In this document: piece by piece, positions 55,924 to 64,000 of the stretch | Layout of the letters: every line of letters begins with the position of its first letter | How positions within the stretch are numbered: the first letter of the stretch is position 1 | Origin: Acidimicrobiia bacterium | GTDB taxonomy: Bacteria; Actinomycetota; Acidimicrobiia; Spongiisociales; ZC4RG35 | NCBI GenBank assembly: GCA_044867525.1 | Contig: JBIOVB010000009.1 | Span: forward strand, 599-64,598 | Length of the DNA: 64,000 bases | Reading direction: 5' to 3' | Position numbers and translations under genes: made by a program | The notes under the pieces: model-generated | Seen by the model: the letters and a program-made list of their open reading frames with translations, nothing else | What the model was told of the DNA's origin: nothing | Database searches by the model: none

Positions 55924-57840
55924 ATGCCGACTGTGAAGCGAGGTTCCCTGATCGCCTTGGCGATGATCGCTGCCGCCTGCACCGGCGAAGCCGATGTCGA
56001 AGCGCCTCTCGTCGATGGGCCGGCGTCCGAAGTAATCGCTGCCCTCGATGGAGTTCCCTGCCCAGAGTCGGACTTCAGGTGTGTCACCATCGAGATGCCC
56101 CTCGACCAATTCGACAGGTCGAACGAGGAAACGATCGGCGTGACCTTCGCAGTGCTCCCCGCGACCGGCGTAAGCGAGGGGGCATTCTTCACAGCGACCG
56201 GCGGGCCAGGTACGGCCGGCATCCTCTCGGCCGATTCGTACACCTCGGCGCTCGACCCGGAGATCACCGAGCGTTTCGACATCGTGTTCTTCGACCAGAG
56301 GGGAGTTGGCATGTCTGGAGGGCTCACCTGCCCCGAGGCGGCTATCGATCTCTACCGGACCGATGCCGACCCCGCCAGCCCGGCGGGTCAGGACGTCATC
56401 GCCGGTGCCGCATCCACTTTTGTCACCGATTGCATCACCGAGATGGGCACCCCCGATGTCCTCCCTTACCTGTCGACGGATCAGGTCGTGGAGGACATCG
56501 AAGACTTTCGCCAGATGTTCGGATTCGACCAGTTCGTCTTGTACGGGGAGAGCTACGGGACCCAGGTCGCCCAGACCTACGCCGCTGCCTATCCCGAGAA
56601 TCTCGATCGGCTGGTCCTCGACGGCACTGTTGACCTGACCCTCGATGGCTTCACGTTCTACGAGCAACAGGCAACAGCCTTCGGGCAGACCCTGGAAGCC
56701 ACCTTTGACGCATGTGTCGAAGACTTCGCATGTGCCGACGACTTCGGCGACGACCCCGGGGCTGCGTACGACCGCTTGGCCGCCCAACTCACGGAGGGAC
56801 CGATCAGCGTCGAGTTCCCTCTGTCCGACGGCACCGCGTCAAGCAGGGACTTCACCCTCGCCGACCTCGAGGTGGTGGCAAGCGCGCAGATGTACGCAGA
56901 AGACGACCGCATGATGTTTCTCCGGGCCCTCGCCGCCTACTCGGGGAGAGATGACCTGATACCGATGCTCAGACTGCTCTACCCGAGCCTGGGATTGGAG
57001 CCACTGGACGAATCGATCATCGAAGATCCTTCGTGGTCCGATGCGATCTACTACTCGGTCGAGTGCCTGGACTATGGCTTCGCGGGTGACACGCCTGAGG
57101 AGGTGGTCGATGCCTTTTTCGAGGCGGGGGCGGGCCTCGACAACCAGAGGCTGGGCTCGATCGTCTACGGGGACTTGCCTTGTGCCTTCTGGCCTGATCG
57201 CAACACCGACGAGGATCGCCCCGAGCCGCTGGTCGCAGAGGGAATACCGACCCTGGTGCTGGGGGCCACGGCCGATCCGGCGACGCCCTACACCCAGGGG
57301 ATGGCGGTGTGGTCGCGCTTGGACACCGGGTACTTGATGACCCAGGGCGGCGGCCCTCATGTCATCTTCGGGAGGGGGAATGCATGCCCCGACCTGGATG
57401 CGACCGCGTTCATCCTCGACGGAACGCCGCCACCGGTGGCCATCTGTGAAGGCGACGTCACCGATAGCTACCTGACGCTGTTGCCCGCAACGGTTGGCGA
57501 CTTCGACAATGCCGAGGCAATGCTGGACTCGATCGAGTGGGAGTTGAGCTACATGCCCGAGTACTACTACTGGGACGGGGTCGAGGAGACCGCTGCCGGG
57601 TGCGCGCTCGGGGGAATCGTGACCTTCGCACCGACCGACCTGGGGTACGGGTACCAATTCGAGGAGTGCGGTCTCACGGAGGGGCTGGTGGTCAGCGGGA
57701 GCGGCGCCTACGCGCTTGATGACGACGTGTTCACCCTGGACGTCAGCAACGGCTCTCCGGACTGCGCTTACCTCTACGAGCGCGCCGGGGAGGACGTCGA
57801 TCTCGATGACCAATGCCCAAGCGACGACTTTGGTGCCTGA
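55924..57840 (+). CDS. Secreted lipoprotein alpha/beta hydrolase (S33 tripeptidyl-aminopeptidase, TAP-like)
   Basis: The start is ATG 55924 within ORF 55252..57840. The lipobox is 'MIAAAC' and the nucleophile elbow is 'GESYG'. The C-terminal TAP-like region carries 'PTLVLGATADPATP'. Confidence 0.85.
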   Translation: MPTVKRGSLIALAMIAAACTGEADVEAPLVDGPASEVIAALDGVPCPESDFRCVTIEMPLDQFDRSNEETIGVTFAVLPATGVSEGAFFTATGGPGTAGILSADSYTSALDPEITERFDIVFFDQRGVGMSGGLTCPEAAIDLYRTDADPASPAGQDVIAGAASTFVTDCITEMGTPDVLPYLSTDQVVEDIEDFRQMFGFDQFVLYGESYGTQVAQTYAAAYPENLDRLVLDGTVDLTLDGFTFYEQQATAFGQTLEATFDACVEDFACADDFGDDPGAAYDRLAAQLTEGPISVEFPLSDGTASSRDFTLADLEVVASAQMYAEDDRMMFLRALAAYSGRDDLIPMLRLLYPSLGLEPLDESIIEDPSWSDAIYYSVECLDYGFAGDTPEEVVDAFFEAGAGLDNQRLGSIVYGDLPCAFWPDRNTDEDRPEPLVAEGIPTLVLGATADPATPYTQGMAVWSRLDTGYLMTQGGGPHVIFGRGNACPDLDATAFILDGTPPPVAICEGDVTDSYLTLLPATVGDFDNAEAMLDSIEWELSYMPEYYYWDGVEETAAGCALGGIVTFAPTDLGYGYQFEECGLTEGLVVSGSGAYALDDDVFTLDVSNGSPDCAYLYERAGEDVDLDDQCPSDDFGA

Positions 57841-57849
57841 GCCGCTCGA

Positions 57850-59286
57850 TCAGTAACGCCAGTCGATCATCTGATCGACGGGGGCGAAGTCGTCACGCAG
57901 CGCACGGGCACCGGAGACGAACAGGTCGAGGGCCCCGCCGGTGACGACCACCTCGGAGCCGGTGCGGGAGAGGATCTCTCGCTCGATCGCGGAGACGTCC
58001 ATCGGGCTCTTCGACCCGACCAGGACGAAATTGCCACCGTCTGTTCCCTGGAAGTATCGGGCCGGAGCGATCACCGCGACGTGCTCGAAGACTTCGAGGA
58101 GGGAAGCAGTGGCGGATCGGGCGAACCGGGCGTCGAAATAGTCGATCACGTTTACGGCATACACGCCATCCGGGCGCAAGCGGTGAGCGATCTCCTCGAT
58201 GAACTCCGAGGTAGTGAGATGCCAGGGCACCGACAGCCCGCTGAATGCATCACCGACCACCAGGTCCAGCGACTCCCGAGCCACTCCGTTCAGGCTGCGC
58301 CGGGCGTCGTCGATCAACACCTCCGCCTCGTCTTCGAACCCGAGGTCCCGGCGCCCGATCTCGAGGAGCTCACGGTCGATCTCGAGGACGAGATGGCGAG
58401 TCCCGGGGCGGGTGGCGGCGAGATATCGGGGAAAGGTGAAGCCGCCACCGCCTATCGACACCACGTCGATCGCCCCCTGCGGGGATTCGGCGTCGACCAC
58501 GTCCGATATCGCTGCGAGATAGCGGAACTCGAGATGCGTCGGGTCCTCGAGGTCGACGTAGCTGTTGTGACCGCGGTCCAGGATCAGGAGCCGGCCTGTG
58601 ACCCGCTCGGGGTCGGCCTGGATGATCGCGCAGTGGTAGGTGGTCTCGTAGTCGCAGGGCCCGTCGGCGGCAGCCAGAGCAGCGCCCAGGCCAACGGCCG
58701 CGAGCACAACGGCGACTCTCGCCAACCTTCGTCCACCGCCCCAATGCAGGGCACCGCCGAGGACGAGCATGATCCCAAGGCCGAGCACGATGGGCCGGGT
58801 GGGGAAGGCGGCGATGAGGATGAATCCGGTGACGAAGGTCCCGAAGATCGCCCCCGCGGTGCCAATCGCCGAGTACGAGCCGACCACCGACCCGGTTTCG
58901 TCGAGCGATGCCAGCCTCGCCTTCACAACCACTGGCGGGACCGCCGACAGCAAAGCCGCAGGGAGAAAGAATGCGACTGCGGTGAGGGACACGATCGACA
59001 CCGGGCCGCCTTGGGCGATAGGGCCCACGAAGTCGATGACCAACGGGGCGACCAGCGAAGCCAGACCGCCACCGACCAGGAGAGGGCCGATCAAGGTAGA
59101 TGGCTGGCGTCGGTCGGCCGCACGGCCACCGAGCCAGGCGCCGAGCGAGATCCCGGCCAGGACCACACCGATGATCCCGGTGAACACCTCCAGGCTCACA
59201 CCCAGGTAGGGGGCGAGCAGGCGCCCGGCAAGGATCTCGAGGACAAGCACCGCCGCCGAGGTCGTGAAAACGAGAAGTCGGGCCAT
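57850..59286 (-). CDS. Fused polytopic membrane domain / spermidine-synthase-like methyltransferase-fold protein
   Basis: Seven to eight N-terminal TM segments are followed by a C-terminal 'VVSIGGGGFTFPRYL...DLVVGDAF' spermidine-synthase-like domain. The start is ATG 59286, with TTG 59298 as an alternative. Confidence 0.8.
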   Translation of the reverse strand: MARLLVFTTSAAVLVLEILAGRLLAPYLGVSLEVFTGIIGVVLAGISLGAWLGGRAADRRQPSTLIGPLLVGGGLASLVAPLVIDFVGPIAQGGPVSIVSLTAVAFFLPAALLSAVPPVVVKARLASLDETGSVVGSYSAIGTAGAIFGTFVTGFILIAAFPTRPIVLGLGIMLVLGGALHWGGGRRLARVAVVLAAVGLGAALAAADGPCDYETTYHCAIIQADPERVTGRLLILDRGHNSYVDLEDPTHLEFRYLAAISDVVDAESPQGAIDVVSIGGGGFTFPRYLAATRPGTRHLVLEIDRELLEIGRRDLGFEDEAEVLIDDARRSLNGVARESLDLVVGDAFSGLSVPWHLTTSEFIEEIAHRLRPDGVYAVNVIDYFDARFARSATASLLEVFEHVAVIAPARYFQGTDGGNFVLVGSKSPMDVSAIEREILSRTGSEVVVTGGALDLFVSGARALRDDFAPVDQMIDWRY

Positions 59287-59399
59287 CGTCTGGGACAAGG
59301 ACGGGTCAGGGTATCCCGAAGCCAGGTAAACCCGATTGCCCGCTGATTCGTGTTATCAGTGTGAGTGCGGTCCGCCAATCAGGGAGACATCTGACAGTC

Positions 59400-59906
59400 A
59401 TGGGTGGGAACGCCTCGAGCCAGGAGTCCTTCGAGGGCTTCTACCGGCGCGAGTACGCCTCAACCGTTGCGATCGCACGGAGTTTGTTGGGCCAGGGCGC
59501 TCCCGCCGAGGACCTGGCTCAGGAATGCTTCGTAACCGCGCACCGGCACTGGAACCGGATCTCGGGTTATGACGATCCCAAGGCATGGCTGCGGCGGGTT
59601 CTGGTGAACCGGGCGACCTCGTTCCACCGAAGGCGCCTCGTCGAATGGCGGGCGATGTCCCGGATCGGCGTCCCCGACGAGATCGTGCCCGAGATATCGC
59701 CGCAGTCGACGGAGGTCTGGGACGAAGTGCGGCGGCTCCCTCGACGCCAGGCGCAGGTGACCGTGCTCCACTACGTGGACCAGATGACCGTCGATGAGAT
59801 CGGAGCCGTCCTGGGTTGCAGCCCGGGGGCGGTGAAGTCCCACCTGTTCCGAGCCCGGGAGCGACTTGGAGAGAGGTTGGCAGGGCTCGAGGAGGAATCG
59901 CGATGA
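59400..59906 (+). CDS. ECF (group IV) RNA polymerase sigma factor
   Basis: Region 2 is 'DLAQECFVTAHRHWNRI...PKAWLRRVLVNR' and region 4 is 'VLHYVDQMTVDEIGAVLGCSPGAVKSHLFRARERL'. The start is ATG 59400, with GTG 59361 as an alternative. Confidence 0.85.
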   Translation: MGGNASSQESFEGFYRREYASTVAIARSLLGQGAPAEDLAQECFVTAHRHWNRISGYDDPKAWLRRVLVNRATSFHRRRLVEWRAMSRIGVPDEIVPEISPQSTEVWDEVRRLPRRQAQVTVLHYVDQMTVDEIGAVLGCSPGAVKSHLFRARERLGERLAGLEEESR

Positions 59907-60634
59907 AAGTCGAAGACCGATTGGAGCAAGCAGGCAAGGAGCTCCGTGATGCCACCCGGCACCTCCAGCCACCGCCACTGGGCAAGGACAGGTTGCAGGC
60001 TCGGGGGTGGCTGGTGTTCGCGGGGGTATTCCTGGTGGTCGCCATCGGGCTCGGCGTGATCCCGCTCCTCATGCGCTCCAACGGCGAGCAGGCCCCGCTG
60101 GCGACGCCGGCCACAGTCGCCGCCACCGTCCCCGCCGAGCAGTCATCGCAGGTTCCGAGCACGGCTCCGGTAGCACGATGCTCCGCCAGCGGGATGTCCG
60201 CTCCTGCAGACCAGGAGGGCCTGCCGCCAGAGGTGGCCCAGGCCCGAGCCGCCATCGCCGAGGCAGCCCTCTCCTGTGACCTGGACGCGTTGCGCTCCCT
60301 CGCGGGTGAGCTGCTCACCAGCTTCGGTGGAGGTGACTTCTCCAGCTTGCAGGAGTGGGAGGACTCCGGTGATGGGATGCTGGGGACCCTGGTACAGCTG
60401 TTCGACACCCGCTACGCAGTCCAGGAGTTCGAAGGCGAGCCAACGCTCTATGTCTGGCCCGCTGCGTTTGCCTACGACTCGTGGGGCGAGATCCCGGAGG
60501 AAGATCTCGCCGCGCTGACCGCGATCTTCGGCGAGGAGGAGATGGAGCGCATCGCAGGTTTCGGCGCCTACGCCGGGTGGCGGATCGGGTTGACCGAGGA
60601 CGGTGATTGGCGTTTCTTCATCGCCGGCGACTGA
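59903..60634 (+). CDS. Single-pass membrane protein co-translated with the ECF sigma (possible atypical anti-sigma)
   Basis: The ATG overlaps the sigma stop (ATGA at 59903-59906). About 35 cytoplasmic residues are followed by the TM 'WLVFAGVFLVVAIGLGVIPLL' and an extracytoplasmic domain of about 180 aa. No ZAS HxxxCxxC motif is present. Confidence 0.6.
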   Translation: MKVEDRLEQAGKELRDATRHLQPPPLGKDRLQARGWLVFAGVFLVVAIGLGVIPLLMRSNGEQAPLATPATVAATVPAEQSSQVPSTAPVARCSASGMSAPADQEGLPPEVAQARAAIAEAALSCDLDALRSLAGELLTSFGGGDFSSLQEWEDSGDGMLGTLVQLFDTRYAVQEFEGEPTLYVWPAAFAYDSWGEIPEEDLAALTAIFGEEEMERIAGFGAYAGWRIGLTEDGDWRFFIAGD

Positions 60635-60650
60635 GACATAGCATCGCCGA

Positions 60651-61700
60651 GTGGAAGCGGATGCAAGTAATGCCGTCGAAGCCGGAGACCGCTGCGTCAG
60701 GCTCGCCGGCCCGGGCGGGATCATCGCCGAGTTGACCGAGTTTGGTGCCCGGCTGGTCCGCTTGGTGCTCCCGGATGTCGACGGTGCTCCCCGGGACGTG
60801 GTGCTCGGCTTCGACACCATCGAGGAGTACCAAGCCAACCCGGACCTGTTCTTCGGAGCGACCATTGGGCGGGTTGCCAATCGCATTGCCGGATCCCGCT
60901 TCATTCTCGACGGGTCCGAGTACCGGCTGACCGCCAATGAGGGCAGGAACCATCTGCACGGGGGTGGCGCAGGTCGATTCGACCAGGTCCGCTGGGAGAC
61001 CGAGCGTCTCGGAGAAACCGCGGTCAGGTTCGGTCACATCAGCCCTCACCTCGACGAGGGATACCCCGGCCGGCTCGAGGTCGAAGTGGAATACCGGCTC
61101 GCCGACGACGCACTGGAGATCGGGTATCGGGCTCGATCCGACCGACCCACTCCGGTGAACATGACCCACCACACCTACTGGAACCTCGACGGAACCGCCA
61201 CCGGGGCAACCGTCGACGGTCATCTCCTTCAGGTATTGGCCGATCACTACACCCCGATCGACAGGGAATTGATCCCGCTAGGACACCTGGAGCCTGTCGG
61301 CGGGACTCCGCTCGACTTCCGGTCGCCGGCAACGATCGGGTCCCGCGCCGACTCCCTGGAGGCGGAGCCCGGTGACGGCATCGACCACAATTTCGTAGTG
61401 TCCGACTGGGACTCGAGCCTGCGAGCCGTGGCTCGGGTCACCGACTCGACGGGTCGGCTTGTCATGGAGGTGATGAGCACCCAGCCCGGGCTCCAGGTCT
61501 ACTCGGGCAACCACCTGTCGCCGACTTCGGGCAAGGGCGGTGTCGTCTATCCCCCCCGGGGCGGGCTCTGCCTGGAGCCACAACATTTCCCGGACTCGGT
61601 TCACCATCCTGGTTTTCCGTCGACGATCATCGAACCGGGGGACGTCTACCAGCAAACCACCGTCTACCGGTTCACCACCCCCGCCAAATTGGGGGCGTGA
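60651..61700 (+). CDS. galM: Aldose 1-epimerase (galactose mutarotase)
   Basis: 'FGATIGRVANRIA...F.LDG..Y.L..NEG.NHLHGG' and the C-terminal 'GLCLEPQHFPDS' are mutarotase signatures. GTG start. Confidence 0.9.
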   Translation: MEADASNAVEAGDRCVRLAGPGGIIAELTEFGARLVRLVLPDVDGAPRDVVLGFDTIEEYQANPDLFFGATIGRVANRIAGSRFILDGSEYRLTANEGRNHLHGGGAGRFDQVRWETERLGETAVRFGHISPHLDEGYPGRLEVEVEYRLADDALEIGYRARSDRPTPVNMTHHTYWNLDGTATGATVDGHLLQVLADHYTPIDRELIPLGHLEPVGGTPLDFRSPATIGSRADSLEAEPGDGIDHNFVVSDWDSSLRAVARVTDSTGRLVMEVMSTQPGLQVYSGNHLSPTSGKGGVVYPPRGGLCLEPQHFPDSVHHPGFPSTIIEPGDVYQQTTVYRFTTPAKLGA

Positions 61701-61742
61701 GCATTACCGGCGAATGATGAGGACCCCAATTTCGGGGTGACC

Positions 61743-62783
61743 TCAGGCTTCGGACGGGACCCCGCCGACCGGAGTCTTGGCGGCCACCACCTCGGCCAGC
61801 GACTGACCGGGAAGGAGCGGGGCGTGGCACGCCGCGAAGTGCCCGCTCGCCATCTCCCGGAGCTCGGGCACTTCCTCGGCGCAGAGGTCGAAGGCGATGG
61901 GGCACCGGGTCCGGAACCGGCACCCGGACGGGGGGTTCACCGGGCTGGGCAGGTCTCCCTCGAGGACGATCCGCTTCCTGGTCCGTTCAATAGCGGGATC
62001 GGGCACCGGGACCGCCGAGAGCAGAGACTGGGTGTAGGGGTGGATCGAGCGGTCATACACGTCCTTGTGGTCCCCGACCTCCATCAGCTTGCCCAAGTAC
62101 ATGACTGCGATCCGATCGCTGATGTGTCGCACCACCGACAGATCGTGGGCGATGAAGATGTAGGAGAGGTCGAGCTCATTCTGCAGATCCTCGAGGAGGT
62201 TGAGGATGCCTGCCTGTATGGACACATCGAGCGCCGAGACGGGCTCGTCGAGGATGATCAGCGACGGCCTGAGGCTGAGTGCCCGGGCGATCCCGATCCG
62301 CTGTCTCTGCCCTCCGGAGAACTCGTGCGGGAATCGCTTGGCGTGGTCCCCTGAGAGGCCAACCAATTCCAGCAATTCGCCGACGATCGCGTCGTGGTCA
62401 CCGGGGATGTCGTGGATCTCCAGCGGCTCGGCAATGGCCGCCCCGATGGTCATTCGCGGATCGAGGGAGGCATATGGGTCCTGGAAGACAATCTGCATCT
62501 CGGAGCGAAGCTCGCGCATGTCCTCCCGGTCGAGGGTCGTGATCTCCTCTCCGCGGAACCGGATCGAGCCCGATGTCGGCTCCAGGAGCCGGAGAATGCA
62601 CCGGCCGACGGTGGACTTGCCCGATCCGGACTCGCCGACCAGGCCCAGTGTTTCTCCTGGGTTGAGGCTGAAGGTCACCCCTGACACGGCATGGACGGTG
62701 TGCTTGATCACCCTCGATCCCACGACCTGGCGCACGTCGAAGAGCTTGAAGAGGTCGGTGACCTCCAGGAGAGGCTCGGTCAA
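61743..62783 (-). CDS. Peptide/nickel ABC transporter ATP-binding protein (OppF/DppF-like)
   Basis: 'GESGSGKST', 'FSGGQRQR', '[12 protein letters not shown]' and the C-terminal 'GCRFRTRCP' are present. Confidence 0.9.
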   Translation of the reverse strand: MTEPLLEVTDLFKLFDVRQVVGSRVIKHTVHAVSGVTFSLNPGETLGLVGESGSGKSTVGRCILRLLEPTSGSIRFRGEEITTLDREDMRELRSEMQIVFQDPYASLDPRMTIGAAIAEPLEIHDIPGDHDAIVGELLELVGLSGDHAKRFPHEFSGGQRQRIGIARALSLRPSLIILDEPVSALDVSIQAGILNLLEDLQNELDLSYIFIAHDLSVVRHISDRIAVMYLGKLMEVGDHKDVYDRSIHPYTQSLLSAVPVPDPAIERTRKRIVLEGDLPSPVNPPSGCRFRTRCPIAFDLCAEEVPELREMASGHFAACHAPLLPGQSLAEVVAAKTPVGGVPSEA

Positions 62784-63757
62784 GCGCTCACCTCCGCCGC
62801 GATCTCATCGACCCGGACACACGCGGTCTCCACCGAGCCATAGGGGACCAACTCGGGGATCTCTCCGGCACACACCTCGGCCGCGTATGTGCAGCGAATT
62901 CGGAAGGCGCACCCGCTGGGTGGCCGCAGCATGTTGGGCGGGGCGCCCGGGATCGGCACCAGCCTCTCGATGTTGGCATCGGGGAGCGAGGTGAGCAGGC
63001 CTCGGGTGTAAGGATGGGTGGGTCGCAGGAATATGTCGTGCGCCTCACCGCGCTCGGCGATCCGGCCTGCGTACATCACCTGGACCCGGTCGGCGATCCG
63101 GGCCACGACCCCGAGGTCGTGGGTGATGAACGCGACCGCCGCGCCCAACTCGTGCTGCACCTGTTGGATCACATCCAGGATCTGGGCCTGAACGGTCGTG
63201 TCGAGAGCGGTGGTCGGCTCGTCGGCGATCAGGATCTCAGGAGAGTTGGCAATGGCCATGGCGATGATCGCCCTTTGCCGCATCCCCCCGGAGAACTCGT
63301 GGGGGTACTGCCGGGCCCGGGTCTCGGCTTGGGGAATGCCGACGAGGTCCAACAGCTCGACGGTCTTTCGCTCTGCCTGCTGCTTGGGGATGTCCTGATG
63401 GGCGAGGATCATCTCCACGATTTGGGCGCCAACCCGGTGCACGGGGTTCAGTGCGGTCAATGGGTCCTGGAAGATCATGGCCACCCGCCGGCCCCTCACC
63501 TTCCGGATCTTTTCCGCCGGCTGGCCGACCATCTCCTCTCCCCCGATCCTGATCGACCCGGTCACGATCGCGGACTTGGGGAGGAGCCCCATGACCGCGA
63601 GGAAGGTCACCGACTTGCCCGAGCCCGACTCTCCCACGATCCCCATGAGCTCGTGCTCCGCTATGTCGAAGGTGACTCCGCGCACCGCCTGAACCAACCC
63701 GTCTTGGGTAGGGAAGGAAACGTGGAGGTCGCGGACCGAAAGGACCGGTTCCGTCAT
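62780..63757 (-). CDS. Peptide/nickel ABC transporter ATP-binding protein (OppD/DppD-like)
   Basis: 'GESGSGKSV', 'FSGGMRQR', '[12 protein letters not shown]' and 'GCAFRIRCT' are present. There is a 4-nt overlap with the downstream ATPase gene. Confidence 0.9.
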   Translation of the reverse strand: MTEPVLSVRDLHVSFPTQDGLVQAVRGVTFDIAEHELMGIVGESGSGKSVTFLAVMGLLPKSAIVTGSIRIGGEEMVGQPAEKIRKVRGRRVAMIFQDPLTALNPVHRVGAQIVEMILAHQDIPKQQAERKTVELLDLVGIPQAETRARQYPHEFSGGMRQRAIIAMAIANSPEILIADEPTTALDTTVQAQILDVIQQVQHELGAAVAFITHDLGVVARIADRVQVMYAGRIAERGEAHDIFLRPTHPYTRGLLTSLPDANIERLVPIPGAPPNMLRPPSGCAFRIRCTYAAEVCAGEIPELVPYGSVETACVRVDEIAAEVSA

Positions 63758-63839
63758 TCAGCTGGCTTCCGACGATGTCGGCCCCGACAGCGGACGCCAT
63801 ACAAGGTCAACTCGCCTGAGCGAACACTCACACCGCCTC

Positions 63840-64000
63840 CTACGGACCCGTCGCCGCCGCAGTGACCTTTTGCTCCTGCTTTGGGTCGAGTGCGTCACGG
63901 AGCCCGTCCCCCATGAAGTTGATGCAGAGGATCGTGATCAGGAGCACCACAGCTGGGAACAGGACGAGCCACCACTTGCCGGTGATGGTGTTGGTCCCCG
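63840..64000 (-). CDS. Peptide ABC transporter permease (OppC/DppC-like), C-terminal fragment only
   Basis: My own reverse-strand translation gives '...[44 protein letters not shown]' (stop at 63840-63842), the canonical OppC C-terminus. This is not in the supplied ORF track because it has no start within the window. Confidence 0.75.
   Translation of the reverse strand, partial: GTNTITGKWWLVLFPAVVLLITILCINFMGDGLRDALDPKQEQKVTAAATGP

Noticed and set aside
55141-56787. A 548-aa minus-strand ORF overlapping the LiaF-like and alpha/beta-hydrolase genes.
   Set aside because: It is a shadow ORF of the same kind, with no motifs and biased composition. The plus-strand frames carry a lipobox, a GxSxG elbow and a LiaF-type domain.

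Overview
The window is a gene-dense, high-GC chromosomal segment that looks Actinomycetota-like. Supporting signs are an F420-type LLM oxidoreductase, a fused MFS/spermidine-synthase protein, Cys-lipobox lipoproteins, frequent GTG/TTG starts and many 4-nt ATGA/GTGA start-stop overlaps. The taxon call is inference only. I support about 55 protein-coding genes. I found no rRNA, tRNA, CRISPR array, transposase, integrase or phage genes.

Gene content in order:
- 1-2540: tail of a sugar ABC system and an LLM oxidoreductase.
- 2604-10772: an amine / N-methyl-compound catabolic island (MFS, QEGLA/DUF1704, flavin amine oxidase, CocE/NonD hydrolase, Rieske oxygenase coupled to a sarcosine-oxidase-like flavoenzyme).
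- 10828-12645: an orphan TPR histidine kinase.
- 12747-18334: a complete Dpp/Opp-type peptide ABC operon.
- 18418-27310: ppa, kup, gltB (no adjacent gltD), an aminotransferase and a methyltransferase.
- 27365-37141: a CebR/CebEFG/BglC-like beta-glucoside operon with LacI-type operators, plus two clan GH-A hydrolases.
- 37145-43658: an aldo-keto reductase, then an operon lhgO / HIBADH-like / M24 hydrolase / E1-alpha / E1-beta with no E2.
- 43766-54142: a CUT2-type ABC importer locus with a divergent SDR and XRE-cupin regulator.
- 54164-61700: a small ORF, ferritin, a LiaF-like protein, a lipoprotein alpha/beta hydrolase, a fused MFS/spermidine-synthase-like protein, an ECF sigma with a membrane partner, and galM.
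- 61743-64000: the start of a second peptide ABC operon.

The most unusual feature is in the 43766-54142 locus. One permease is covalently fused to an ATZ/TRZ-type amidohydrolase, and the other permease is translationally coupled to a paralogous amidohydrolase, with a bicupin upstream.

Other signals the genes do not explain:
- A roughly 50-bp GC-rich palindromic repeat family with three intergenic copies and compensatory stem changes.
- A shared 19-mer (17/19 identical) upstream of two catabolic operons.
- An AT-rich operator-like double inverted repeat between ferritin and a pair of small ORFs.

All functional calls rest on motif and family recognition by eye. No database search was run.
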